From: an uncultured Chloroflexia bacterium
GTDB taxonomy: Bacteria > Chloroflexota > Limnocylindria > Limnocylindrales > CSP1-4
Reading direction: 5' to 3'
NCBI GenBank assembly: GCA_963819655.1
Contig: CAWFXA010000002.1
Coordinates: forward strand, 1,632,001 to 1,696,000
DNA: 64,000 bases
In this document: one piece after another, positions 11,623 through 30,159 of the stretch
Numbering within the stretch: the first letter of the stretch is position 1
Layout: every line of letters begins with the position of its first letter
Position numbers and translations under genes: made by a program
Notes under the pieces: generated by a model
Told to the model about the DNA's origin: nothing
What the model saw: only the letters and a program-made list of their open reading frames with translations
Databases searched by the model: none

Positions 11623-12333
11623 ATGCCCCATCACGGCAAGAAATACCAGGAAGCGGCGAAGCTCGTCGATCACGAGACGTTGTACGGCCCGGCCGATGCC
11701 GCCGAGCTCGTGAAGCAGACGACGACCGTGAACTTCGATGCGACGATCGAGGCGCACATCCGCCTCGGGGTCGACCCGCGCCACGCCGACCAGATGGTCC
11801 GCGGCACCGTCGTCCTTCCGCACGGCACGGGCAAGACCGTCCGCGTGGCAGTGTTCGCCCAGGGCGAAAAGGCCCAGGAGGCGCTCCGCGCCGGCGCGGA
11901 TGAGGTCGGCGGCGAGGACCTGGTCAAGAAGATCGAAGCCGGCTGGCTCGAGTTCGACGTCGCGCTCGCGACGCCCGATTCGATGGGTCTCGTCGGTCGA
12001 CTCGGCAAGATCCTCGGCCGTCGAGGACTCATGCCCAATCCGAAGGCCGGCACGATCACGTTCGATCTCGAGCGGGCGATCAAGGAGGTCAAGGGCGGCC
12101 GGGTCGAGTTCAAGGTCGACAAGGCGGCGATCGTCCATGTCGCGGTTGGCAAGAGCAGCTTCGAGGCGGACGCGCTGGTGGACAATCTTGCGACGCTCGT
12201 GGACGCGGTGAACCGCGCCAAGCCAGCCGGGGCCAAGGGCCAGTACCTGCGCACCCTGACGATCGCGAGCACGATGGGCCCGGGCATCCGGGTCGATGTG
12301 CCGGCGATCCTGGCCGTCGCAAACGCCGCCTGA
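11623..12333 (+). CDS. rplA: 50S ribosomal protein L1
   Basis: [22 protein letters not shown] and STMGPG motifs. Confidence 0.97.
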   Translation: MPHHGKKYQEAAKLVDHETLYGPADAAELVKQTTTVNFDATIEAHIRLGVDPRHADQMVRGTVVLPHGTGKTVRVAVFAQGEKAQEALRAGADEVGGEDLVKKIEAGWLEFDVALATPDSMGLVGRLGKILGRRGLMPNPKAGTITFDLERAIKEVKGGRVEFKVDKAAIVHVAVGKSSFEADALVDNLATLVDAVNRAKPAGAKGQYLRTLTIASTMGPGIRVDVPAILAVANAA

Positions 12334-12405
12334 CCCACGCCGGCGGGTCGCCGGCAGCAAATAGACGCGATGGCGGTCGAGAGGCGCGCCATCTGATTGA
12401 ATAGC

Positions 12406-12529
12406 CGTTCGACGGGCAGCCGTCCGAGATCCGAGGCGGCGTCGAGCACGCGAGCGAGCGCACTTCAGGGTGCGCGAGCGAGCGCGCGGAGGCGCCAACG
12501 AAGGAGATCGGGCGGACGATCGTCGAACG
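12406..12529 (-). repeat. family B palindromic repeat, copy 1 (124 bp)
   Basis: Perfect 9-bp terminal inverted repeat CGTTCGACG/CGTCGAACG. The reverse-complement core CTCCGCGCGCTCGCTCGCGCAC-loop-GTGCGCTCGCTCGCGTGCTCGAC matches four other copies. Confidence 0.8.
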
Positions 12530-12540
12530 TAGACGGACCG

Positions 12541-12670
12541 CCGCAGACAGCCTGCGCTTGCGGACCGCTCGGGGCTCATCGCCGCGGACGGTCGAAGCTT
12601 GATCCGTCGAACCGGACCGCTCGATCGCCCGTCAGGGCGCCGATCGGGGACGACGACGAGCACGCCGAGG
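12541..12670 (+). promoter_or_regulatory. probable L10 leader (ribosomal protein autoregulatory RNA) with expanded interior
   Basis: CCGCAGACAG ... CGCCGAGG resembles the AGAC..GAG core of L10 leaders and lies upstream of rplJ. Not tested with a covariance model. Confidence 0.4.
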
Positions 12671-12832
12671 CAGTCGGTGCCTCCACCTTCGCCGGTGGGT
12701 GCGCCCCTGCGAGCCGGGGTCGGCCTCCCTCGGGAGGTTGCCATGGGATCCGTCGCAGGGGAAAACCGGGGTCTTTGCCCCGGGCGACCCACCGCCGCAC
12801 GCCGGTCCGCGTGCCGAAGACGAGGAGGCTGG

Positions 12833-13360
12833 ATGCCGACTGAAGCGAAAGAGGCGATGGTCGCCGAGCTTCGCGAAGAGCTCGCGAACGCACGGACCAT
12901 GATCGTCTCCGAGTACCGCGGCCTCACGGTGAGGGAGATCGCCGAGATCAGGCGAGCCCTGCACAAGCAGGACGTCCGATACCGCGTCGTGAAGAACCGC
13001 CTTATGCGGATCGCCGCCGCCGATACGGTGGGCGACGCACTTTCCCCGCTCCTCAACGGTCCGACCGCGATCGCGTTCGGCACCGACGAGGCAGCGACCG
13101 CAAAGGCCGTCCTGGACGCCACCCGCCCGTACAACAAGGTCGTGCGGATCACCGGGGCGATCCTCGGCGACCGCGCGATCGACGGTGACGCTGTGACGCG
13201 GCTCGCCGCGCTTCCTCCGCGGGAGGTGCTGCTGGCCAGGCTCGCCGGCGGGATGCAGGCACCGGTCGGCACCCTCGCCGGCCTGTTCGCTGCGCCGCTG
13301 CGCAACCTGGGTTACGCCTTGGCGCAGGTCGTCGAGCAGAAGGGCCAGGCCGACGCCTAG
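12833..13360 (+). CDS. rplJ: 50S ribosomal protein L10
   Basis: ATG after GAGGAGG. EYRGLTV, VVKNRL and GPTAIAF motifs. Confidence 0.95.
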   Translation: MPTEAKEAMVAELREELANARTMIVSEYRGLTVREIAEIRRALHKQDVRYRVVKNRLMRIAAADTVGDALSPLLNGPTAIAFGTDEAATAKAVLDATRPYNKVVRITGAILGDRAIDGDAVTRLAALPPREVLLARLAGGMQAPVGTLAGLFAAPLRNLGYALAQVVEQKGQADA

Positions 13361-13388
13361 ACCCCGATCACCCGACAGCCGAATCCGA

Positions 13389-13423
13389 CCGACACGGAAA
13401 CCGACACCGAGACCGACACCGAC
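13389..13423 (+). repeat. hexamer tandem repeat (ACSGAV x6) in the rplJ-rplL spacer
   Basis: ACCGAC ACGGAA ACCGAC ACCGAG ACCGAC ACCGAC read directly. Confidence 0.6.
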
Positions 13424-13435
13424 AAGGAGATATCC

Positions 13436-13837
13436 ATGGCTACCCTGACCCAGGACGACCTGCTCGAGGCCATCGACAAGATGACCGTCCTCGAGCTGTC
13501 CGAGTTCATCAAGCGCTTCGAGGAGCGTTACGGCGTGACGGCCGCTGCACCTGTCGCCGCCGCGGCCGCCCCCGCGGCTGGTGGTGACGGTGGTGCTGCT
13601 GCCGCCGCCGCCGCACCGGAGGAGCAGACCGAGTTCGTCGCCGTCCTCGCCGAGGTCGGCCCGAACAAGATCCCGGTCATCAAGGTCGTGCGCGAGCTGA
13701 CCGGTCTGGGCCTCAAGGAGGCCAAGGACCTGGTCGACGCCTCGCCGAAGCCCGTCAAGGAGGGCATCGCCCGGGACGAGGCCGAGAAGATCAAGGCGGC
13801 GCTGGAAGAGCAGGGCGCCAAAGTCGAGATCAAGTAG
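13436..13837 (+). CDS. rplL: 50S ribosomal protein L7/L12
   Basis: Ala-rich hinge, [19 protein letters not shown]. Confidence 0.97.
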   Translation: MATLTQDDLLEAIDKMTVLELSEFIKRFEERYGVTAAAPVAAAAAPAAGGDGGAAAAAAAPEEQTEFVAVLAEVGPNKIPVIKVVRELTGLGLKEAKDLVDASPKPVKEGIARDEAEKIKAALEEQGAKVEIK

Positions 13838-13845
13838 ACGGACCT

Positions 13846-13892
13846 CTCCGAGGGCGGAGGAAAGCTCCCGCGTTCCCTCCGCCCGAGGATTC
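13846..13892 (+). repeat. family A structured repeat, copy 3 (47 bp), 8 nt after the rplL stop
   Basis: CTCCGA-GGGCGGA-GGA-AAGCTCCCGCGT-TCC-C-TCCGCCC-GAGGATTC. Confidence 0.8.
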
Positions 13893-13917
13893 AGGCCCAT
13901 AGCACGTTCGGGGGTGT

Positions 13918-13945
13918 TTGACAAGACTCAAAATCGCGGTACCAT
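13918..13945 (+). promoter_or_regulatory. sigma70-type promoter of rpoBC
   Basis: TTGACA-N16-TACCAT in an AT-richer patch upstream of rpoB. Confidence 0.55.
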
Positions 13946-14006
13946 ACCCCTTCTGTGAGCGCGGCCCCCCATTTCTCCTTCCTCCTCCGTCAAGGAGCGG
14001 TGCTTC

Positions 14007-17486
<3,480 letters not shown>

Positions 17487-17609
17487 TCGACATCACCGTC
17501 ACCCGCATCAACCCACCGTTCCCGCGGGGTCGCGTCCCGGCCGGCTCGACCCCGCTCGCTCACGGTCCGCATCACGTCGCCGAGCCAGGCGGTGACGTGG
17601 AGGAGAACC

Positions 17610-22124
<4,515 letters not shown>

Positions 22125-22150
22125 TCCGCGGAGCCGTCGCCCGCCCGATC

Positions 22151-22182
22151 CGTGACCCCGGGGTGACCCGGGGTCACGTTCA
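22151..22182 (+). terminator. strong hairpin / probable terminator after rpoC
   Basis: Perfect 12-bp stem CGTGACCCCGGG/CCCGGGGTCACG with GTGA loop. The U tract is short (TTCA). Confidence 0.55.
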
Positions 22183-22365
22183 TGCACGGCTCGAACGTTG
22201 CGACCGAGCCGCGCTCGACGGGCGATCGGGTCTCCCGGGCACGTTGCGCCGCCGAATCGGGCTCATATCCGCGACCCGGGGCCATTCTGCAGACTGGGAA
22301 GCACGATCCGGGCTGGTTTGGACCGCCAGCACCGGCGGCAAGCCACGACCCACGCCGCCGCACGT

Positions 22366-22395
22366 TTGACACTGATTCCGAGCCCCCGATATACT
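22366..22395 (+). promoter_or_regulatory. sigma70-type promoter of the str operon
   Basis: TTGACA-N18-TATACT, near consensus. Confidence 0.75.
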
Positions 22396-22577
22396 CCGCC
22401 TTCGTGGCCTCGGGAGGGGTCCGCCTTCGGCGCCTGCGCCGACGCCCATTCCGCCACCACCACTCACACCACCGGTCCCGGCCGGACCGCCCTGCGGGGC
22501 GTGACCGGCGACGCTGGACCGGCCCCCGCGGTCGGTGCCGACCGCCCTGCATCGCCAGAAGAAGGAGTCGCGTCTTC

Positions 22578-22988
22578 GTGCCGACGATCAGCCAGCTCGT
22601 GCGTCACGGTCGCCAGCCTAAGGTCAAGAAGGTCAAGGCGCCCGCCATGCGCAAGAACTGGAACAGCCTGCGACGCCGTCAGGTGTCGATCCCGGGCGCC
22701 CCGCAGAAGCGTGGCGTCTGTCTCCAGGTGCGCACGATGACGCCGAAGAAGCCGAACTCCGCGCTGCGCAAGATCGCGCGCGTGCGGCTGTCGAACCAGA
22801 TGGAGGTCACGGCCTACATCCCGGGCATCGGCCACAACCTGCAGGAGCATTCGGTGGTCCTCGTCCGCGGCGGTCGCGTGAAGGACCTGCCGTCCGTCAA
22901 GTACCACATCATCCGCGGCACCCTCGACGCGGCCGGCGTGCGCGATCGAAAGCAGGGTCGCAGCAAGTACGGCGCGAAGGCCAAGTAG
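22578..22988 (+). CDS. rpsL: 30S ribosomal protein S12
   Basis: GTG start after [25 protein letters not shown] and GHNLQEHS motifs. Confidence 0.97.
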   Translation: MPTISQLVRHGRQPKVKKVKAPAMRKNWNSLRRRQVSIPGAPQKRGVCLQVRTMTPKKPNSALRKIARVRLSNQMEVTAYIPGIGHNLQEHSVVLVRGGRVKDLPSVKYHIIRGTLDAAGVRDRKQGRSKYGAKAK

Positions 22989-22989
22989 C

Positions 22990-23457
22990 ATGCCGCGCCG
23001 AACGAGCATCCCGCGCAAGACCAAGTACGAGGTCGTGCCGGCCAACCGCATCACCCACCGGTTCTCCGTGAAGCTCATGAAGGGCGGCAAGCAGAACCTC
23101 GCCGAGCGGATCCTCCGCCAGGCGCTGGCGCGCGCCGAGGCACAGGCCGGCCGACCCGGCCTGGAGATCCTCGAGGCGGCGTTGCGCAACGCCACGCCGA
23201 TCATCGAGGTCAAGCCGCGTCGCGTGGGTGGCGCCACCTACCAGGTCCCGGTCGAGATCCGGGGCGATCGCCGCCTGTCGCTCGGCGTCCGCTGGCTCGT
23301 CCAGGCGGCTCGCAAGCGCAGCGGCAAGAGCATGAGCGAGAAGCTCGCCTCCGAATTCGTCGATGCCATGAACGGCCTCGGCGCGGCGGTGAAGCGACGA
23401 GAAGACACGCACAAGATGGCCGAGGCGAACCGCGCCTTCAGCCATTTCAAGTGGTAG
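22990..23457 (+). CDS. rpsG: 30S ribosomal protein S7
   Basis: [11 protein letters not shown] and [10 protein letters not shown] motifs. Confidence 0.96.
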   Translation: MPRRTSIPRKTKYEVVPANRITHRFSVKLMKGGKQNLAERILRQALARAEAQAGRPGLEILEAALRNATPIIEVKPRRVGGATYQVPVEIRGDRRLSLGVRWLVQAARKRSGKSMSEKLASEFVDAMNGLGAAVKRREDTHKMAEANRAFSHFKW

Positions 23458-23479
23458 ACCCGGGAGCGTAGGGAAAACC

Positions 23480-25555
23480 GTGGCACGACAGGTTCCGCTC
23501 GCGAAGACGCGGAACATCGGAATCATCGCGCATATCGACGCCGGCAAGACGACCGTGACCGAGCGGATCCTCTTCTACACCAAGAAGATCTACAAGATCG
23601 GCGAGGTCCACGAGGGCGCCGCGACGATGGACTGGATGCCCCAGGAGCAAGAGCGGGGCATCACCATCACCGCGGCCGCAACAACCGCGTTCTGGGGCGA
23701 CCATCGTATCAACATCATCGATACGCCCGGGCACGTGGACTTCACGGTCGAGGTCGAGCGCAGCCTTCGCGTGCTCGACGGGGCGGTCGTCGTCTTCGAC
23801 GGCGTGGCCGGTGTCGAGCCGCAGTCCGAGACGGTCTGGCGACAGGCCGATCGCTACGGCGTGCCTCGCTTCTGCTTCATCAACAAGCTCGATCGGACCG
23901 GCGCCGACTTCTGGCGCGGGGTCGAGTCGATCAAGGAGCGCCTCGGCGCGAACGCCGTGCCGATCCAGATCCCGATCGGCCGCGAGGACCAGTTCCAGGG
24001 CGTCATCGACCTCGTCGAGATGAAGGCCGTCTACTACCGCGACGACCTCGGCAACAAGATCGACGTCGTCGACATCCCGGCCGAGCTCCAGGCGGAGGCC
24101 GAGCAGCACCGCCACGTCATGATCGAGGCCGTCGCCGACATGGACGACGAGCTCACCCACAAGTACCTCGAGGGCGAGGAGCTGACGACCGCGGAGATCA
24201 AGCGCGGTCTTCGTCTCGGCACCCTGACCACCAGGATCGTCCCGGTCCTGACCGGTTCGGCGCTGCGCAACAAGGGCATCCAGAAGATGCTCGACGCGGT
24301 GGTCGATTACCTGCCCTCGCCGCTCGACGTGCCGCCCATGATCGGACTCGACCCGAAGACCGGTGCCCAGGTCCTGCGCACCCCCGACGACAGCGAGCCG
24401 TTCAGCGCGCTGGCGTTCAAGATCGCGGCCGACCCGTTCGTCGGCAAGCTCGCGTTCTTCCGCGTCTACTCCGGCACTCTCAAGGCCGGCTCCTACGTCC
24501 TCAACACCACGAAGGGCAAGAAGGAGCGGATCGGCCGCGTCCTCCAGATGCATGCCAACCACCGTGAGGAGATCGACACGGTCTACGCGGGCGACATCGC
24601 CGCGGCAGTCGGTCTGAAGGACACGTTCACCGGCGACACGCTCACCGATGAGGCGCACCCCGTCCTCCTCGAGTCGATCACGTTCCCGGAGCCTGTCATC
24701 GAGGTCAAGATCGAGCCGAAGACGAAGGCCGACCAGGACAAGCTGACGGTCGCGCTCCAGCGCCTGTCCGAGGAGGACCCGACATTCCGGGTCCATACCG
24801 ACGAGGAGTCGTCCGAGACTCTCATCGCCGGCATGGGCGAGCTCCACCTCGACGTGCTCGTCGACCGCATGGTCCGCGAATTCAAGGTGGCCGCCAACAT
24901 CGGCAAGCCGCAGGTCTCCTACCGCGAGACGATCCGGCGTGCCGCCGAGGGCAACGGTCGGTTCGTCCGCCAGACCGGCGGCAAGGGCCAGTACGGCCAC
25001 GCCGTCATCAAGCTCGAGCCGGCCGAGAAGGGTGCGGGCTATGAGTTCGTCGACAAGATCGTCGGCGGGACGATCCCGCGCGAGTTCATCAAGTCCGTCG
25101 ACCAGGGCATCCGCGAGAAGCTCGAGACCGGGATCTACGCCGGGTACCCGGTCGTCGACGTCAAGGTGACGCTGTTCGACGGGTCGTACCACGACGTCGA
25201 CTCATCCGAGATGGCGTTCAAGATCGCGGGTTCGATGGCGGTTCAGGACGCGTTCAGCAAGGCCGATCCGGCCATCCTCGAGCCGATCATGCGGGTCGAG
25301 GTCACGATGCCGACGGAGTTCATGGGCGACGTCATCGGCGACCTCAACAGCCGGCGCGGCCAGATCGAGGGCATCGAGTCCCGGATGGGCACCGAGGTCG
25401 TCCAGGCGTTCGTCCCGCTGGCCCAGATGTTCGGGTATGTCACGGACCTGCGCAGCATGTCCCAGGGTCGCGCGACGTCCTCGATGGAATTCAGCCATTA
25501 CGCCGAGGTGCCAGCAAGCCTGGCCTCGGAACTCGTCCAGAAGTCCAAGGTCTAG
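23480..25555 (+). CDS. fusA: elongation factor G
   Basis: [21 protein letters not shown] and GMGELHL motifs. Confidence 0.98.
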   Translation: MARQVPLAKTRNIGIIAHIDAGKTTVTERILFYTKKIYKIGEVHEGAATMDWMPQEQERGITITAAATTAFWGDHRINIIDTPGHVDFTVEVERSLRVLDGAVVVFDGVAGVEPQSETVWRQADRYGVPRFCFINKLDRTGADFWRGVESIKERLGANAVPIQIPIGREDQFQGVIDLVEMKAVYYRDDLGNKIDVVDIPAELQAEAEQHRHVMIEAVADMDDELTHKYLEGEELTTAEIKRGLRLGTLTTRIVPVLTGSALRNKGIQKMLDAVVDYLPSPLDVPPMIGLDPKTGAQVLRTPDDSEPFSALAFKIAADPFVGKLAFFRVYSGTLKAGSYVLNTTKGKKERIGRVLQMHANHREEIDTVYAGDIAAAVGLKDTFTGDTLTDEAHPVLLESITFPEPVIEVKIEPKTKADQDKLTVALQRLSEEDPTFRVHTDEESSETLIAGMGELHLDVLVDRMVREFKVAANIGKPQVSYRETIRRAAEGNGRFVRQTGGKGQYGHAVIKLEPAEKGAGYEFVDKIVGGTIPREFIKSVDQGIREKLETGIYAGYPVVDVKVTLFDGSYHDVDSSEMAFKIAGSMAVQDAFSKADPAILEPIMRVEVTMPTEFMGDVIGDLNSRRGQIEGIESRMGTEVVQAFVPLAQMFGYVTDLRSMSQGRATSSMEFSHYAEVPASLASELVQKSKV

Positions 25556-25569
25556 GGAGCACAACCACG

Positions 25570-26766
25570 ATGGCCAAGAAGAAGTTCGAGCGCACCAAGC
25601 CGCACGTCAACGTGGGCACCATCGGCCACATCGACCATGGCAAGACGTCGCTCACCGCAGCGATCACCAAGTACCTCGCCCTGAAGGGTGAGGCCGAGTA
25701 CCGCGCGTTCGACACCATCGACAACGCGCCCGAGGAGCGCGCCCGCGGCATCACCATCGCCATCGCCCACGTCGAGTACGAGACCGACGCGCGCCACTAC
25801 GCCCACGTCGACTGCCCGGGCCACGCCGACTACATCAAGAACATGATCACCGGCGCCGCCCAGATGGACGGCGCCATCCTGGTCGTGGCCGCGACCGATG
25901 GGCCGATGCCCCAGACGCGCGAGCACATCCTGCTGGCGCGCCAGGTCGAGGTGCCGTACATCGTGGTCTTCCTCAACAAGGTCGACATGGTCGACGACGA
26001 GGAGCTGCTCGACCTGGTCGAGCTGGAGGTCCGCGAGCTGTTGTCCAAGTACGAGTTCCCGGGCGACGACATCCCGGTCATCCGCGGCTCGGCGTTGAAG
26101 GCGCTCGAGGCGCCCGACAACCCGGCCGATGACGCGTACAAGCCCATCCAGGAGCTGATGGACGCGGTCGACTCGTACATCCCGACGCCCGAGCGCGCGG
26201 TCGATCGGCCGTTCCTCATGCCGGTCGAGGACGTGTTCGGCATCAAGGGCCGCGGCACGGTCGCCACCGGGCGCATCGAGCGCGGCATCGTCAAGGTCGG
26301 CGACGAGGTCGAGCTGGTCGGCGTCAAGCCGACCCGCAAGATCGTGGTCACCGGCGTCGAGATGTTCAAGAAGCTGCTCGACGAGGGCCGCGCCGGCGAC
26401 AACGTGGGCTGTCTCATCCGGGGCATCGAGCGCGAGGAGATCGAGCGCGGCCAGGTGCTGGCCAAGACGGGCTCCATCAAGCCGCACACCAAGTTCACCG
26501 CCCAGGTGTACGTGCTGACCAAGGAGGAGGGCGGCCGCCACACCCCGTTCTACAACGGCTACCGCCCGCAGTTCTACCTGCGCACGACCGACGTGACCGG
26601 CGCCATCGGGCTGCCCGACGGGGCCGAGATGATCATGCCCGGCGACAACGTCGAGATGAGCGTCGAGCTGATCACCCCGATCGGCCTCGAGGTCGGCCAG
26701 CGCTTCGCCATCCGCGAGGGTGGCCGGACCGTCGGTGCCGGCGCCATCGTCACCATCGCCGAGTAG
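25570..26766 (+). CDS. tuf: elongation factor Tu (copy 2)
   Basis: Protein identical to 8683..9879. ATG start. Confidence 0.98.
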   Translation: MAKKKFERTKPHVNVGTIGHIDHGKTSLTAAITKYLALKGEAEYRAFDTIDNAPEERARGITIAIAHVEYETDARHYAHVDCPGHADYIKNMITGAAQMDGAILVVAATDGPMPQTREHILLARQVEVPYIVVFLNKVDMVDDEELLDLVELEVRELLSKYEFPGDDIPVIRGSALKALEAPDNPADDAYKPIQELMDAVDSYIPTPERAVDRPFLMPVEDVFGIKGRGTVATGRIERGIVKVGDEVELVGVKPTRKIVVTGVEMFKKLLDEGRAGDNVGCLIRGIEREEIERGQVLAKTGSIKPHTKFTAQVYVLTKEEGGRHTPFYNGYRPQFYLRTTDVTGAIGLPDGAEMIMPGDNVEMSVELITPIGLEVGQRFAIREGGRTVGAGAIVTIAE

Positions 26767-26773
26767 GGACGAC

Positions 26774-27082
26774 ATGGCGAAGCAGCGGATCCGGATCCGC
26801 CTCAAGGCCTACGACCACCGACTGCTCGACCAGTCGGCGGCGCAGATCGTCGAGACCGCCCAGCGCACCGGCGCGGACGTGCTGGGCCCCGTCCCGCTGC
26901 CCACGCGCATCGAGAAGTTCACGGTGTTGCGCTCGCCGTTCATCGACAAGGACTCCCGGGAGCAGTTCGAGATCCGGACCCATAAGCGGCTCGTCGACAT
27001 CCTGGATCCGAGCTCGAAGACCGTCGACGCCCTGATGCGGCTGTCGCTCGCTGCCGGCGTCGATATCGAAATCAAGATGTGA
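26774..27082 (+). CDS. rpsJ: 30S ribosomal protein S10
   Basis: [17 protein letters not shown] and [11 protein letters not shown] motifs. Confidence 0.97.
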   Translation: MAKQRIRIRLKAYDHRLLDQSAAQIVETAQRTGADVLGPVPLPTRIEKFTVLRSPFIDKDSREQFEIRTHKRLVDILDPSSKTVDALMRLSLAAGVDIEIKM

Positions 27083-27092
27083 CGGACGAGTG

Positions 27093-27716
27093 ATGAGTAT
27101 CGGTTTGATCGGCCGCAAGGTCGGCATGACCCAGGTCTTCCAGGACGACGGGACGATGGTCGCGGTGAGCGTGCTCGCCATCGAGCCCAATACCGTCACG
27201 CGCCTGCGCACGACCGAGCGCGACGGCTATACGGCTATCCAACTCGGCACGGAGCCATCGAAGAAGCTGTCCAAGCCCGAGGCTGGCCAGCTCAAGACGC
27301 TGCCCAAGGCCGCCCAGGGGCTGGCCACGCTGCGCGAGTTCCGGGTCGAGAGCGTCGACGAGTACGAGGTCGGCCAGACCGTGTCGATCGGCGACCTGTT
27401 CGATGCGGGCGACGACGTCGACGTCTCCGGCGTCTCGAAGGGCAAGGGCTTCGCCGGCCACATCAAGCGCCACAACTTCCACCGCGGTCCCAAGACCCAC
27501 GGCTCGGACCACCACCGCGAGCCTGGCTCGATCGGTCCGGGCACGACCCCCGGTCGCGTCTATCGCGGGATGAAGATGGCCGGCCACATGGGCGACGAGA
27601 CCGTGACCATCAAGAAGGTGCGCGTCGTGCGCTCCGATCCCGAGCGCAACCTATTGCTGGTCGCTGGGAGTCTCCCCGGCGCGCGCGGCTCGCTCATCCT
27701 CGTGAAGAAGGCCTGA
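27093..27716 (+). CDS. rplC: 50S ribosomal protein L3
   Basis: [18 protein letters not shown] and KMAGHMG motifs. Confidence 0.97.
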   Translation: MSIGLIGRKVGMTQVFQDDGTMVAVSVLAIEPNTVTRLRTTERDGYTAIQLGTEPSKKLSKPEAGQLKTLPKAAQGLATLREFRVESVDEYEVGQTVSIGDLFDAGDDVDVSGVSKGKGFAGHIKRHNFHRGPKTHGSDHHREPGSIGPGTTPGRVYRGMKMAGHMGDETVTIKKVRVVRSDPERNLLLVAGSLPGARGSLILVKKA

Positions 27717-27718
27717 CG

Positions 27719-28366
27719 ATGCCCTCGACCCCCCTCTACGACCGAGCCGGCAAGACCGTCGGCAGCGTCGAGCTCAGCGATGTGCTCTTCGCGGCCCCGG
27801 TCAATACGGCCGTGCTTCACCAGGTCGTGACCGCCCAGCTCGCCGCCCGCCGGACGGGCACCCACGATACGCAGACCCGTGGCGAGGTCCGCGGCGGCGG
27901 TCGCAAGCCGTACCGCCAGAAGGGCACCGGCCGCGCCCGGCAGGGCAGCATCCGGGCACCGCACTACCGCGGTGGCGGTGCCGTGTTCGGTCCGCATCCC
28001 CGCTCGTACGAGCAGCGGCTGCCGCGCAAGATGAAGCGCCTCGCCCTGCGCGGCGCGTTGACTGCCAAGCTCGGCGACGAGCAGCTCAAGGTCATCGACG
28101 GCTTCGGGCTCGACGCCATCAAGACCAGCGCGCTCGTCGGCGTCCTGCGCGCTCTCGACGCGAACGGCCGCGTCCTGGTGGTCGCTCCCGGCCGCGACCA
28201 GAACCTCGAGATGTCGGCGCGCAACCTGCCCACGGTCGAGGTGATCCTGGCCGACTCGCTCAACGTCGTGGACCTGGTCAACGCCGATCTCGTACTCATC
28301 GAACAGCCCGCGCTCGCCCGCATGGAGACCGTCTACGGCGGGTCCACGAGGGAGGTGGACGCATGA
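27719..28366 (+). CDS. rplD: 50S ribosomal protein L4
   Basis: [15 protein letters not shown] motif. Confidence 0.97.
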   Translation: MPSTPLYDRAGKTVGSVELSDVLFAAPVNTAVLHQVVTAQLAARRTGTHDTQTRGEVRGGGRKPYRQKGTGRARQGSIRAPHYRGGGAVFGPHPRSYEQRLPRKMKRLALRGALTAKLGDEQLKVIDGFGLDAIKTSALVGVLRALDANGRVLVVAPGRDQNLEMSARNLPTVEVILADSLNVVDLVNADLVLIEQPALARMETVYGGSTREVDA

Positions 28367-28677
28367 GCGCCCTGACCTCGGCCGAGATCATCCTGCGTCC
28401 CGTCGTGAGCGAGAAGTCGATCGACGAGTCGGGGCGCGGCAAATACACGTTCGCTGTCCACAACGACGCCAACAAGATCCAGATCAAGGCGGCGGTCGAG
28501 GAGCTCTACAAGAAGGAGGGCGTGACCGTCCTCGCGGTCAACGTCCTGACCACGAAGGCCAAGGAGAAGCGACGCGGGACGCGGCGGGGCCGGATCGTCG
28601 GCCACACCACGCCGTGGCGCAAGGCCATCGTCACCCTGGCCCCCGGCCAGAAGATCGAATTCTTCGAGGGGGTCTGA
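28363..28677 (+). CDS. rplW: 50S ribosomal protein L23
   Basis: RPVVSEKS, ANKIQIK and KAIVTL motifs. Confidence 0.96.
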   Translation: MSALTSAEIILRPVVSEKSIDESGRGKYTFAVHNDANKIQIKAAVEELYKKEGVTVLAVNVLTTKAKEKRRGTRRGRIVGHTTPWRKAIVTLAPGQKIEFFEGV

Positions 28678-28680
28678 CCG

Positions 28681-29508
28681 ATGCCGCTTCGCAGCTACAA
28701 ACCGACCTCCCCGGGCCTCCGCCAGATGACTCGCTCGACCTTCGAGGAGATCACGACCAACGAGCCGCACAAGCCCTTGCTCGAGCCGCAGAAGCGCGGC
28801 TCAGGGCGCAACAACCAGGGCCGCCTGACCGTGCGCCATCGAGGCGGCGGTGAGAAGCAGCACTACCGGCGCATCGACTTCAAGCGCGACAAGACCGGCG
28901 TGCCGGCCCGCGTCGCGACGATCGAGTACGACCCGAACCGCTCCGCGCGGATCGGCCTGCTCCACTACCGCGACGGCGACAAGCGCTACATGCTGCTGCC
29001 GCACGGGCTGAAGGTCGGAGACATCGTCGTCTCCGGTGCGGATGCCGAGGCGCGCGTCGGGAACGCCCTGCCGCTGGCCAATATCCCGCTCGGGACCACC
29101 ATCCACAACATCGAGCTGACGCCCGGCAAGGGCGGCCAGATCGTGCGCTCCGCCGGGACCTCGGCGCAGCTCCTCGCCAAGGAAGGCGGCTACGCGACCG
29201 TGCGCATGCCGTCGGGCGAGATGCGGCGCATCCCGGTCGCGTGCATGGCCACCGTCGGCCAGGTCAGCAACCTCGACCACGAGAACCAGAACCTCGGCAA
29301 GGCCGGCCGCGCCCGGCACATGGGCCAGCGCCCGGAGGTCCGCGGGGTCGTCATGAACCCGCGTGACCATCCGCACGGCGGTGGCGAGGGCAAGTCCCCG
29401 ACCGGGATGCCGCCCAAGACCCCGTGGGGCAAGCCCGCCATGGGCTACCGCACCCGGCGGTCCAAGACGACCGGACGCCTGATCGTCCGATCGCGGCATC
29501 GCAAGTAG
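28681..29508 (+). CDS. rplB: 50S ribosomal protein L2
   Basis: IEYDPNRSA and [13 protein letters not shown] motifs. Confidence 0.98.
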   Translation: MPLRSYKPTSPGLRQMTRSTFEEITTNEPHKPLLEPQKRGSGRNNQGRLTVRHRGGGEKQHYRRIDFKRDKTGVPARVATIEYDPNRSARIGLLHYRDGDKRYMLLPHGLKVGDIVVSGADAEARVGNALPLANIPLGTTIHNIELTPGKGGQIVRSAGTSAQLLAKEGGYATVRMPSGEMRRIPVACMATVGQVSNLDHENQNLGKAGRARHMGQRPEVRGVVMNPRDHPHGGGEGKSPTGMPPKTPWGKPAMGYRTRRSKTTGRLIVRSRHRK

Positions 29509-29526
29509 ACGGGGAGGTAGGAGTCG

Positions 29527-29811
29527 ATGTCCCGTTCCATCAAGAAAGGCCCGTTCGTCGAGGCCCGTCTCTCCGACCGGATCGAAGAGATGAACAAGCG
29601 CAACGAGAAGAAGGTCGTCAAGACCTGGTCGCGCGCGTCGGTGATCTTCCCGACGTTCATCGGCCACACGATCGCGGTCTACAACGGCAAGAAGCACATC
29701 CCGGTCTACGTGACCGAGAACATGGTCGGCCACCGGCTCGGTGAGTTCAGCCCGACCCGCAACTACCGCGGGCACGGCAGGCACACCGAGCGGTCGACGG
29801 CGTTGAAGTAG
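29527..29811 (+). CDS. rpsS: 30S ribosomal protein S19
   Basis: RSIKKGPFV and [11 protein letters not shown] motifs. Confidence 0.97.
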   Translation: MSRSIKKGPFVEARLSDRIEEMNKRNEKKVVKTWSRASVIFPTFIGHTIAVYNGKKHIPVYVTENMVGHRLGEFSPTRNYRGHGRHTERSTALK

Positions 29812-29819
29812 GCCACCGG

Positions 29820-30158
29820 ATGCGTGTGTCCGCGACCGCCAAGTACCAGCGCGCTTCGACGCGCAAGACCCGCCTCGTCACGAGTGCCATCAAGGGCAAG
29901 CGCGTCGAGGAGGCGACTGCCCTGCTGCGCTTCATGCCGCAGAAGGCCGCAGCCGACGTGGCACGCGTGCTGAAGAGTGCGACCGCCAATGCCGAGAACA
30001 ATCACAACCTGTCCGCGGAGGACCTCGTGATCGTGGATGCGATCGCCGACGAGGGCCCCACCATCAAGCGATTCCAGCCGCGGGCACAGGGTCGGGCGTT
30101 CCCCATCCACAAGCCCATGACCCACATCACCATCGTCGTCGCGGACCAGGAGGCCTGA
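29820..30158 (+). CDS. rplV: 50S ribosomal protein L22
   Basis: SATANAENN and PRAQGRA motifs, S10 operon position. Confidence 0.96.
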   Translation: MRVSATAKYQRASTRKTRLVTSAIKGKRVEEATALLRFMPQKAAADVARVLKSATANAENNHNLSAEDLVIVDAIADEGPTIKRFQPRAQGRAFPIHKPMTHITIVVADQEA

Positions 30159-30159
30159 C

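Noticed and set aside
17490-17600. rpoB-rpoC spacer with CGCTCGCTCACG, similar to the family B core
   Set aside because: Only a 12-nt match. There is no GCAC/GTGC centre or GCGTTG/GCCTTG shoulders, so it was not counted as a copy.
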